A DNA stretch of 64,000 nucleotides from Gammaproteobacteria bacterium (GTDB lineage: Bacteria > Pseudomonadota > Gammaproteobacteria > Acidiferrobacterales > SPGG2), in NCBI GenBank assembly GCA_029861845.1, contig JAOTYM010000008.1:773-64772 (forward strand), read 5' to 3'. Positions within the stretch are counted from its first letter, which is position 1. Each line of letters begins with the position of its first letter. The notes below the pieces were generated by a model. The model searched no databases. It was given only the letters and a program-made list of their open reading frames with translations, and was not told where the DNA came from. The position numbers and the translations under genes were made by a program. This document shows, piece by piece, positions 55,976 to 64,000 of the stretch.

Positions 55976-57331
55976 ATGACCACGTCAAAACCACAAGAGC
56001 AAACGGATTATCTTGCCGACATCCTCGCGGCGCTGGAAAGCGAAGATTCCTTAAAGATCCAAGATACCCTTGCTGATCTGCATCCGGCAGATATCGCCGG
56101 TGTGTTGGAAGGAATTCCGCCCGAACAACGACACGCAGTTTGGCACTACGTCGATCCGGAAGCGATGGGCGAGGTTCTGGTGGAAGTGCCGGAGGCCGTT
56201 CGCAGTGATCTGTTAGAAGATATGGATCACAGCACCCTGGTGACGGCCGTTCAAGGATTGGAAACCGACGACATTGCCGATCTACTACCAGAGCTATCAG
56301 CCGAAGTTACGGCCGAGATCCTGTTCTTTATGGACAAGCAGGGTCGGCAGCGACTCGATGCGGTGCTGTTTTTTCCCGAGGATACCGCAGGCGGCCTGAT
56401 GAATGTTGATGCCGTGACCGTGCGAGAGAACATAACGCTGCAAGTAGTTCTTCGTTATTTGCGTTTACGTGGTGAGCTCCCAGAGTACATGAACGAGCTG
56501 TATGTGGTCGACAAGACGCATCGCTTAATAGGAGCTCTGCAACTTGCCAAGATTCTCACTAGCGACCCCAAGCTTCTAGTTCATGATGTCATGGACGAAA
56601 ATACTAACAAGCTAAGCGCATTGATGCCGGACCGGGAAGTGGCCGCTGCATTCGAGCGTTACAATCTCATTAATGCACCGGTGGTTGACGAAGATGAGAG
56701 ATTGTTAGGTCGGATCACGGTTGATGACGTTGTCGATGTTATCCGAGAAGAGGCGGATCATTCTGTAATGGCGCCGGCGGGCTTGAGTGAAGAAGTCGAT
56801 ATCTTCGCACCTGTCGTACGCAGTGCCCGCGACCGAGCGGTATGGCTGGGAGTTAATTTGATAACTGCTGTTATCGCTTCCTGGGTGATTGGTCTTTTTG
56901 AGGACACGATTGAAAAGGTGGTCGCGCTTGCCGTGTTGATGCCGATAGTAGCTAGCATGGGGGGTAACGCAGGGACGCAGACAGTTACGTTAGTCGTGCG
57001 CGGTTTGGCAGTAGGAACGATTACAGATGCAAACGCACGTCGTCTATTGGTGAGGGAATTGATGGTGGGCGTTTTAAACAGTATGTTATGGGCGCTGATC
57101 GTTGCGCTGGTTGCAATCGCCTGGTTTCATAACGTCGCACTTGGTTTGATCATTGCCTTTGCCATGATAATCAATCTCGTATTTGCGGCGCTGGCGGGTG
57201 TAGTGATTCCCGTGGCAGTGCGCCGCCTGGGGATCGACCCTGCCTTGGCTAGTGGGGTCGCCTTGACGACAGTGACGGACGTGGTGGGTTTCTTGGCCTT
57301 TCTCGGATTGGCTACATTATTCCTGATTTGA
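55976..57331 (+). CDS. mgtE: Magnesium transporter MgtE
   Basis: MgtE N domain, CBS pair, and five C-terminal TM segments with the GNAGTQ motif. Confidence 0.95.
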   Translation: MTTSKPQEQTDYLADILAALESEDSLKIQDTLADLHPADIAGVLEGIPPEQRHAVWHYVDPEAMGEVLVEVPEAVRSDLLEDMDHSTLVTAVQGLETDDIADLLPELSAEVTAEILFFMDKQGRQRLDAVLFFPEDTAGGLMNVDAVTVRENITLQVVLRYLRLRGELPEYMNELYVVDKTHRLIGALQLAKILTSDPKLLVHDVMDENTNKLSALMPDREVAAAFERYNLINAPVVDEDERLLGRITVDDVVDVIREEADHSVMAPAGLSEEVDIFAPVVRSARDRAVWLGVNLITAVIASWVIGLFEDTIEKVVALAVLMPIVASMGGNAGTQTVTLVVRGLAVGTITDANARRLLVRELMVGVLNSMLWALIVALVAIAWFHNVALGLIIAFAMIINLVFAALAGVVIPVAVRRLGIDPALASGVALTTVTDVVGFLAFLGLATLFLI

Positions 57332-57461
57332 GAGCCAAAGCGATATAGACGTTGATCGATTATACTTTGATCCGGAGGAGCAACACTTCACCTGCCGAAA
57401 GCTGCCATCTATCAGCTGGTATTTGCCTTTCAGCGGGTTTTGTGTTTTTTTGAAAGTGTCA

Positions 57462-57863
57462 ATGGAGCCGAACATTCTGAAATTACTTAAACAGGCCATC
57501 GCAGAGCAACGATGTCTGGCGGTACGATATCGCAACGGCGGTGCTCGCGTTGTGGAGCCGCATGCAGCGTATACTAATGATCGAAATGAGGTTGTTGTCG
57601 ATTGCTATCAGACCGATGGGTTTTCAGCATCTGGTAGGCAACCCCCGTTCTGGAAGCGGTTGCGGTTAAAAAAAATCACCGCTGCCTCGCTGCTCAAGCA
57701 AACCTTCGAGCCACGTGTAGCGGAGGGTTCTAGTCCCAAAAAACCTAGATATAAGGATAAGCCGGTGGCCATTATTGCCGACGATGAACCCTCCTACATG
57801 TATTCACCGGAAGCACTGCAGCAGATGGGGCCATTCTTACCGGACCATCGCAAGTTTCACTGA
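57462..57863 (+). CDS. Hypothetical protein with WYL-like (SH3-type beta-barrel) N-terminal region
   Basis: CLAVRYRNGGARVVEPHAAYTNDRNEVVVDCYQ...FWKRLRLKKI resembles the WYL pattern (R..Y....R.veP......l.a......r.f.l.ri). Weak. Confidence 0.35.
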   Translation: MEPNILKLLKQAIAEQRCLAVRYRNGGARVVEPHAAYTNDRNEVVVDCYQTDGFSASGRQPPFWKRLRLKKITAASLLKQTFEPRVAEGSSPKKPRYKDKPVAIIADDEPSYMYSPEALQQMGPFLPDHRKFH

Positions 57864-57875
57864 TGTGGCTCGGTT

Positions 57876-59585
57876 TTAAGTCACATTACTTTCCGCATTC
57901 ATTTTATCAATCAAGGTACGAAGACCGTCAACATCACGGCTTCTGAGTACCTTGTGCGCGAAGCTTCGTAGGTTCGCGAAGCTACTCATGCGGACGATTT
58001 CCTTGATCTCAAGTAACATGGAAGGATGCATGCTAAATTCCTTGAGACCCATTCCCAACAACAAGCGCGTATAGCGCGCATCCCCAGCCATTTCGCCACA
58101 CATCGCTACCGGTATGCCTGCGGCTTTACCAGCTTTGATGACGTTGTTAATAAGTCGAAGCACAGACGGATGGAGCGGATCGTACAAATAATTTACGGTA
58201 TCGTCGCTACGGTCAATGGCGAGGGTGTACTGAATTAAATCGTTGGTGCCTATAGAAAGAAAATCCAGGTGCGGTGCGAAAAGATCGGCAGATATAGCGG
58301 CTGCCGGCACCTCAATCATGCCGCCGATAGGCATACGATGGTTAAATTCTTTTCTTTGTTTTTTCAATTCAGATTCAGTTTCTTTGATGAGATCGAGAAC
58401 GTGAAACAGCTCGTCCAAACTCGAGAGCATCGGAATCATCATCCTCACTTTGCCATAGGCCGATGCCCGTAGAATTGCGCGTAGCTGAGGGCGAAACAGT
58501 GATATGTCATGAAGACATAGGCGTACGGCACGCAGACCGAGTGCGGGGTTGGCGGCTTGCTTGTCTGCCGCAAGGTCCAAGGTGCGAATCGTGACGGGTT
58601 TACCTGCAAACGCTTTAACCACCTTCAAGCAAGCCCGATATTGTTCTTCTTCGGTGGGTGCGGTGGGTCGATTCATGAATAAGAACTCAGTGCGATATAG
58701 TCCGATACCAGATGCGTGGACTTTGACAGCAGTCTTTAAGTCTGCCGGCAATTCTACATTTGCGAGCAGTCGAATCTTTTGACCATCGTCGGTGATTGAA
58801 CGACCGGCACGGATCCTATCGAGCTCGCGACGCGTTTGTAAAGATTGTTGCTGGCGCCTGCGATACTCCGAGAAAATTCTCTTATATTCACCGGCGATTA
58901 AAAGTCCGCACTTACCATCTACGACCAATTTGTCGCCGGTACGTATGAAGCGCGTCGCGTTGTGTAACGAGACGATGGCTGGGATGCCAAGACTTCTAGC
59001 AAGAATTGCAGTATGGGAAATCGGTCCGCCCAGATCGGTGACAAATGCCCTAATGCGTTTTTGTTTCAACATGACCGTGTCGGCGGGAGTAAGATCGCGT
59101 GCCACTAGAATTTGGCCGTTCGACATCGCTTCGTCGTCTTGCTCGTTAGTAGTGAGGAGGTTTCGTAAAATACGATCCACTACTTGATCGACATCGATTT
59201 TCTTGGCTCGCAAATACGGATCGTGCATTGCCTCAAAGATTCGCCCAAGATCCTCGCTCTGAGTCTTCAACACCCATTCCGAATTGCGCTGTTGCTCGTT
59301 GATGATATCGATCGGCGCCTGGGAAATCATGGCGTCACCAAGTATCAGCAAATGGGCATCGATTAAGCTCGCCGTTTCCGGGGGTGCGCCGGCTGGCATA
59401 TGATCACGGACGTGCTGAAGCTGTTGACGGGCCGCCGCGATTGCTGTCTTAAAGCGTTCTAATTCATCGTCTATGTACTGTCTAGGAATGACATATTCAG
59501 GAATCTCCAGTTGCTCGCGCCGCAAGACATAAGCACGACCGATGCTGATCCCTTGACTTACACCACTACCGTGAAGGGTCAGCAT
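57876..59585 (-). CDS. ptsI: Phosphoenolpyruvate-protein phosphotransferase (Enzyme I)
   Basis: Phosphohistidine context GGPISHTAILARSLGIPA and a PEP-utilising C-terminal domain (CGEMAGD). The start ATG at 59585 overlaps the HPr stop (TAATG). Confidence 0.9.
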   Translation of the reverse strand: MLTLHGSGVSQGISIGRAYVLRREQLEIPEYVIPRQYIDDELERFKTAIAAARQQLQHVRDHMPAGAPPETASLIDAHLLILGDAMISQAPIDIINEQQRNSEWVLKTQSEDLGRIFEAMHDPYLRAKKIDVDQVVDRILRNLLTTNEQDDEAMSNGQILVARDLTPADTVMLKQKRIRAFVTDLGGPISHTAILARSLGIPAIVSLHNATRFIRTGDKLVVDGKCGLLIAGEYKRIFSEYRRRQQQSLQTRRELDRIRAGRSITDDGQKIRLLANVELPADLKTAVKVHASGIGLYRTEFLFMNRPTAPTEEEQYRACLKVVKAFAGKPVTIRTLDLAADKQAANPALGLRAVRLCLHDISLFRPQLRAILRASAYGKVRMMIPMLSSLDELFHVLDLIKETESELKKQRKEFNHRMPIGGMIEVPAAAISADLFAPHLDFLSIGTNDLIQYTLAIDRSDDTVNYLYDPLHPSVLRLINNVIKAGKAAGIPVAMCGEMAGDARYTRLLLGMGLKEFSMHPSMLLEIKEIVRMSSFANLRSFAHKVLRSRDVDGLRTLIDKMNAESNVT

Positions 59586-59854
59586 TACTCGTCCTCTCCG
59601 AAACCACCGGCGATAAGCCCACACAGTGCCTTCATGGCCTCATCTTCGTCGTCCCCATCGACCCTTAGTTCGACATTGGCACCCTGGCCGGCCGCAAGCA
59701 TCATGATACCCATAATGCTCTTACCGTTAACTTGTCTGTCATTTCGCACGAGGATGATTTCACTATTGAATTGGGCGGCTAGACTCACGAACCTGGCCGC
59801 TGCACGGGCATGCAAACCGAGCCTGTTGACGATAGTCAAGGCTTGCGATTGCAT
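59585..59854 (-). CDS. ptsH: HPr-family phosphocarrier protein
   Basis: His-15 context NRLGLHARAAA and Ser-46 context NGKSIMGIM. Confidence 0.9.
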   Translation of the reverse strand: MQSQALTIVNRLGLHARAAARFVSLAAQFNSEIILVRNDRQVNGKSIMGIMMLAAGQGANVELRVDGDDEDEAMKALCGLIAGGFGEDE

Positions 59855-59857
59855 TGT

Positions 59858-60265
59858 TTAGTTTCCGTTGGTAGCCGACTTGATTATGCTACGAACAATT
59901 CCGCTATTACCGCCGGCAAAGGCCTTTTCAGCGAGTTCTTCAAGCGCGAGATTGCGATAGTTAAGCACGCGGATCAACATAGGCAAGTTGGTACCCGCGA
60001 TCATCTCTATGCGATCCTTTTTGAGGAAAGCTTGGACCATATTGGTATGGGAAGCACCATAAATATCCGCCAATATCAGGACCCCCTGTCCTTCATCCAG
60101 GCTATTCAGCTCGCGCTGAAATGTCTGCAGAAACTTTTCAGATGATTCCGACCCATTGGCTGTTAATGCGTTTAGCTTCGGTATTTTACTGCCCAGCATG
60201 TGCTCAGCTGCCTCGATCATGGCCTTTCCTATGTGACCTTGTGTCAATAGGAGAATACCTATCAT
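59858..60265 (-). CDS. PTS EIIA component, mannose/fructose family
   Basis: MIGILLLTQGHIGKAM.. (His-10 type site), about 135 aa. No EIIB/C/D genes are adjacent. Confidence 0.8.
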   Translation of the reverse strand: MIGILLLTQGHIGKAMIEAAEHMLGSKIPKLNALTANGSESSEKFLQTFQRELNSLDEGQGVLILADIYGASHTNMVQAFLKKDRIEMIAGTNLPMLIRVLNYRNLALEELAEKAFAGGNSGIVRSIIKSATNGN

Positions 60266-61116
60266 CAGAGTTCTCGATGTCTAATTTGCATGGTTATGTC
60301 ACTATGTGAAAAATGGCTCGCTAGTTTTTGCACCATATAGACTGAGCGGTGTTGTCCACCGGTACAACCAACCGCGATCGTCATATAACTACGTCGTTCT
60401 CGTTCAAAATGTGGGAGCCACCTTTCGAGAAAGGTGCATATATCTTCGAACATATCTTGTACCTGTTTGTATCTTTCTAAATAAGACACTACCGGTTCGT
60501 CGAGGCCGGTAAATTTCCTAAGTTCGGATTCCCAATAAGGGTTGGGTAGACATCGTATGTCAAAAACATAATCGGCGTCCAAAGGAGTGCCATTTTTGAA
60601 GCCGAACGAGACAAACAACAGAGTCAGTCCCTGCGTATCTTCAGCGCCTGCAAAGTCCTGTACTTGTTGGCGGAGTTCGTATGGTGTCGTATGGGTTGTG
60701 TCTATACGCATCACGGCGCTAAATGACATCGGTTCCAGGAGTGTCCTCTCAAGGCGAATACCCTCGAGCAGTGAAGTGTTTTCATCCGTTAATGGGTGTT
60801 TGCGACGCGTTTGTTTGAAACGTTTAACGAGAACTGATTCTTCTGCCTCGAGGAATACGATCGAGTAGCGTATGCCCAATTCTTTAAGTTGCGCCAAACT
60901 CTTGGGCACTTCATCTAGAAAGGTGCGATTGCGCGCATCGATACCGATCGCAACCTTTCTAAGAGTCTCAGTGTTGGCCTCTGTGATTTGCCTAGCAAAG
61001 TGCGGGATCATCGCGGCCGGCAAATTGTCGATACAGTAGAAGCCCATGTCTTCCAGGGCTTGAAGTGCGATACTTTTCCCGGAACCTGATAGCCCGCTGA
61101 TAATGAAGAAACTCAT
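60265..61116 (-). CDS. rapZ: RNase adapter protein RapZ
   Basis: IISGLSGSGKSIALQALEDMGFYCIDNLP and the C-terminal GCTGGQHRSV. Confidence 0.95.
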   Translation of the reverse strand: MSFFIISGLSGSGKSIALQALEDMGFYCIDNLPAAMIPHFARQITEANTETLRKVAIGIDARNRTFLDEVPKSLAQLKELGIRYSIVFLEAEESVLVKRFKQTRRKHPLTDENTSLLEGIRLERTLLEPMSFSAVMRIDTTHTTPYELRQQVQDFAGAEDTQGLTLLFVSFGFKNGTPLDADYVFDIRCLPNPYWESELRKFTGLDEPVVSYLERYKQVQDMFEDICTFLERWLPHFERERRSYMTIAVGCTGGQHRSVYMVQKLASHFSHSDITMQIRHREL

Positions 61117-62066
61117 GTACTTGATGACTTGCTGATAATCGCCTGCTGTTTCCTTATGAATTCGTTTAGTGGGTCTATACCGCGTACACGGAGGATATAA
61201 GCACGCGTTGCCGCCTCTACGAGGATCGCAAGATTGCGTCCCGGGGCCACGAATAGCAAGACTTCTGGCACGTCCACGCCTAGAATCGAGTAGGTTTGAT
61301 GTTCAGCTCGTAGACGATCTATCTTGTTCAGGTGTTGTTCTCTTAATCGCTCGAGCTGTACCACCAAGTGTAACTTCTTTTTGTGTCTGACTGCGGTCTC
61401 ACCGAAGGTGGCACGTATATCGAGGATGCCGAGTCCACGAACTTCCAAATATTCCGACAAGGCCTCGGGGCACTGGCCTACTAATACTTGCGGTGCGACG
61501 CGCACAAACTCAACGGCGTCGTCAGCGATCAAGCGGTGGTTTCGACTCAGTAATTCTAGCGCCAGCTCACTTTTCCCAATCCCACTTTCGCCCGTAATAA
61601 AAACACCCATTCCCAGTACTTCCATATATACGCCATGTAGTGTGGCGCATGGTGCGAGCGCTCGCGTTAGGTAGTACTGTAGGTGCTCGATGACCACTGG
61701 GCCCGCAAGCGGTGTCGAAAAAAGTGGCACTGCGAATCGATCGGCGTGTTCCTCAAAATCGGCCCGCACCCGCTTGTTATTGGCGAGAATCAAGGCCGCG
61801 ACCTGGTCATTAGAGAACAGGCTGTGCATGGTTTTTTCACGCTCTTGCTCGCTTAGGTTTTGCAGATACTGTAGTTCGTTACCAGCCACGACCTGGATCC
61901 GATTGGGATGCACGAGATTCATGTGTCCCACTAAGGCCATGCCAGGAAACTCGGCTTTGGCCGCTTCGAGTAGCCTGCTCTTTCCTGCCTTCCCGGCTAC
62001 CCACGTAAGTTCTAAGGGCGCACGCTGAGTATCAAACAAATCGTTTGCGGTTACGGTTGGAATCAT
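61113..62066 (-). CDS. hprK: HPr kinase/phosphorylase
   Basis: P-loop GESGIGKSELALEL and LIADD, 317 aa. Confidence 0.9.
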   Translation of the reverse strand: MIPTVTANDLFDTQRAPLELTWVAGKAGKSRLLEAAKAEFPGMALVGHMNLVHPNRIQVVAGNELQYLQNLSEQEREKTMHSLFSNDQVAALILANNKRVRADFEEHADRFAVPLFSTPLAGPVVIEHLQYYLTRALAPCATLHGVYMEVLGMGVFITGESGIGKSELALELLSRNHRLIADDAVEFVRVAPQVLVGQCPEALSEYLEVRGLGILDIRATFGETAVRHKKKLHLVVQLERLREQHLNKIDRLRAEHQTYSILGVDVPEVLLFVAPGRNLAILVEAATRAYILRVRGIDPLNEFIRKQQAIISKSSST

Positions 62067-62076
62067 GGGCGGGTTG

Positions 62077-62553
62077 TCAGCCGGCTTTACGGCTTATGCT
62101 ACTGTGGCAGTCATTTAGCGCCTGATAGGCCTCATCCACACTCTCTATTGTCAGAAGCCGGTGGCAGAAATCATTATCGCTAAAGGTAGCAGCGAGCGTT
62201 GACAATATCTGCAGGTGTTCTTCGTTAGCGTTCTGTGGCACCAGTAGCGCGAATATTATCCTTACTGGTTTGCCATCGATGCTGTCAAAATCCGTTTCCC
62301 GTGCGAGGGTGGCAAAGGCTCCTATTGGATTCCTTAAGGCCTTCAACCTGCCGTGTGGTAGGGCGATACCGTTTCCAATACCAGTACTACCCAAGCGCTC
62401 GCGTTCTACAAGTGCTTGAAAAGCGGCATGACGATCTAACCCTAATCGGCCCTGGTGCAGCAGCGAACTTATCTTCTCGAGCGCACGTTTCTTGCTAGAA
62501 GCCGCCATGCCCACGGCAATCCGTTTCGGCGTCAGTAACTCATTTAACTGCAT
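62077..62553 (-). CDS. ptsN: PTS IIA-like nitrogen regulatory protein PtsN (EIIA-Ntr)
   Basis: GNGIALPHGR phosphohistidine motif. Located downstream of hpf and rpoN. Confidence 0.9.
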   Translation of the reverse strand: MQLNELLTPKRIAVGMAASSKKRALEKISSLLHQGRLGLDRHAAFQALVERERLGSTGIGNGIALPHGRLKALRNPIGAFATLARETDFDSIDGKPVRIIFALLVPQNANEEHLQILSTLAATFSDNDFCHRLLTIESVDEAYQALNDCHSSISRKAG

Positions 62554-62609
62554 GCTTTTTATTGTAATCGAGTGGTGGAATAGATTGTTATGTTTTTGTC
62601 GTCTTATTA

Positions 62610-62915
62610 TTATTTCTTAGCGCGATGATGGTTGGTCTTAATTTTTTCTTTGTGCTTCAGTACCTGCCGGTCAAGTTTATCTGCCAAGAAATCGATAGCG
62701 GCGTACATACTTTCACCTTCAGCGTGGGCATGTAGTGTAGCGCCTTTGGCGTGGATCGTAGCTTCAGCGTTGTGGCGATTCTTCTCCACATGTAGCACTA
62801 CATTGGTTGTCGTGACGTGATCAAAATGTCGTTCTAGCCGACTGAGTTTGCCGGTAGCGTAGCTGCGCAAAGGTTCGGTAATTAACAAATGTTGCCCACT
62901 TACGGTGATTTCCAT
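62610..62915 (-). CDS. hpf: Ribosome hibernation promoting factor
   Basis: MEITVSGQHLLITEPLRSY.., about 100 aa, immediately downstream of rpoN. Confidence 0.9.
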   Translation of the reverse strand: MEITVSGQHLLITEPLRSYATGKLSRLERHFDHVTTTNVVLHVEKNRHNAEATIHAKGATLHAHAEGESMYAAIDFLADKLDRQVLKHKEKIKTNHHRAKK

Positions 62916-62931
62916 CGACAGTCTCCGTTGG

Positions 62932-64000
62932 CTATATGATGGATTTTCTCTGGTTTGAAGGTGGGATATTCATAGATTCTCGATACTTTGCCACTGTTCG
63001 TCGCGCGACATTTATTCCTTGTTGTTCGAGCAGTTTGGCAATCTTACTGTCACTTATCGGCTTGGCTGGCGGTTCGTCCTCGACAAGTTTCTTGATTAGC
63101 GATCGGATCGCAGTTGCCGAGCAAGTTCCGCCATCTGCCGTACTTACATGGCTCGAGAAGAAGTATTTTAGTTCGAAAATACCACGTGGACTCAGCATGT
63201 ACTTGTTTGTGGTAACACGCGAGATAGTAGATTCGTGCATTTCCACCGTTTCGGCAATGTCATGAAGAACCAGTGGCTTCATAGCTTCTGGTCCATGCTC
63301 GAAAAACGCGCGCTGTCGATCCACAATCGTGCGCGCAACCTTGAGTAAGGTATCGTTACGACTATTCAAGCTCTTAATAAACCAGCGTGCCTGTTGCAAT
63401 TGGTCTTGCAGGTACTTGTTGTCAGCGCTGGTATCACCACGATGTATGAGTTTCTCGTATTCTTGATTGATGCGCAGCCGCGGCGCAACTTCCCCGTTCA
63501 TCTCAGCTCGCCATAAACCCTTTAGCTTCCTAACGATAATATCTGGTACGATGTAGTTGGTCTGTGTCGCCTGTACACTTGCGCCCGGCCGTGGGTTTTG
63601 TTGGCGAATAAGTAAGACTGCCTGTTGCAGGTCCTCCTGGCGTATTTTGGTCTGTCGCCGCAATTGGACGTAGTCACGATTGGCTAACAATGAGAGATAC
63701 TCTGGGGTGGCTAGGCGCTGAGCCTCTTTCACATAAGGTGTTTCCTGGTCGAGTGTACGTAGTTGAAGTCGCAAACATTCGCCAAGGTCTCTTGCTGCAA
63801 CACCGATCGGATCGAAATTCTGAATCTGATGCAAAACCGCCTCGATCTCATCGATCTCAACTTCCACTCCTAGATCTAAAAATTGTTGAACTTCTTGCAG
63901 GCTGCAGGTTAGATAACCGTCTTCATTGATTGAGTCGATAATAGCGAGTGCTATTTCACGATCTGTGTCTGAGAATGGCGTCATCTGCATTTGCCAGTAC
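62932..64000 (-). CDS. rpoN: RNA polymerase sigma-54 factor (3' part; the gene continues beyond the window end)
   Basis: C-terminal RpoN box [10 protein letters not shown] and the HTH region. The frame stays open to position 64000. Confidence 0.95.
   Translation of the reverse strand, partial: YWQMQMTPFSDTDREIALAIIDSINEDGYLTCSLQEVQQFLDLGVEVEIDEIEAVLHQIQNFDPIGVAARDLGECLRLQLRTLDQETPYVKEAQRLATPEYLSLLANRDYVQLRRQTKIRQEDLQQAVLLIRQQNPRPGASVQATQTNYIVPDIIVRKLKGLWRAEMNGEVAPRLRINQEYEKLIHRGDTSADNKYLQDQLQQARWFIKSLNSRNDTLLKVARTIVDRQRAFFEHGPEAMKPLVLHDIAETVEMHESTISRVTTNKYMLSPRGIFELKYFFSSHVSTADGGTCSATAIRSLIKKLVEDEPPAKPISDSKIAKLLEQQGINVARRTVAKYRESMNIPPSNQRKSII

Overview
This looks like a gammaproteobacterial chromosome segment, fairly GC-rich by eye. 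Most of it is conserved housekeeping synteny. On the plus strand: prs-rplY(ctc)-pth-ychF (2.6-6.1 kb), a stress and envelope block (25-35.7 kb), then miaB-phoH-ybeY-corC-lnt and lptE-holA-proA-nadD-rsfS-rlmH-maf-rng-yhdP-(C-N hydrolase)-tldD-pmbA-mgtE (35.8-57.3 kb). On the minus strand: rpoN-hpf-ptsN-hprK-rapZ-EIIA(Man)-HPr-EI (57.9-64.0 kb). There are two tRNAs, Gln-UUG and elongator Met-CAU, and I saw no rRNA and no CRISPR array. There are two accessory regions. (i) 0.2-2.4 kb is the edge of an island: two tyrosine recombinases, one of them decayed, plus an excisionase-like gene, ending 3 nt before tRNA-Gln. (ii) About 18.7 kb of mosaic, decayed DNA lies between tRNA-Met and a 26-nt direct repeat of the tRNA's anticodon-to-T-arm segment (6177-6202 and 24934-24959). 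It carries arsM, a truncated phoU-like gene, three fragments of one thermonuclease gene, and merR-merF with a textbook MerR-type promoter. It also carries a minus-strand string (pentapeptide-repeat protein with an unassigned C-terminal domain, small ORF, PDZ protein, AsnB), an EEP nuclease, a secreted beta-roll repeat protein, an IS30 remnant, a nitrilase and an MBL-fold hydrolase. Its last ~4.9 kb is an AT-richer run of co-oriented small genes separated by attC-like palindromes, which I read as an integron-type cassette array without an integrase. I could not establish an intact, clearly novel multigene system. The best candidates for follow-up are the cassette array, the pentapeptide/C-terminal-domain protein with its neighbours, and the rearranged nuclease region. 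All family assignments come from motif recognition only; no searches were run.
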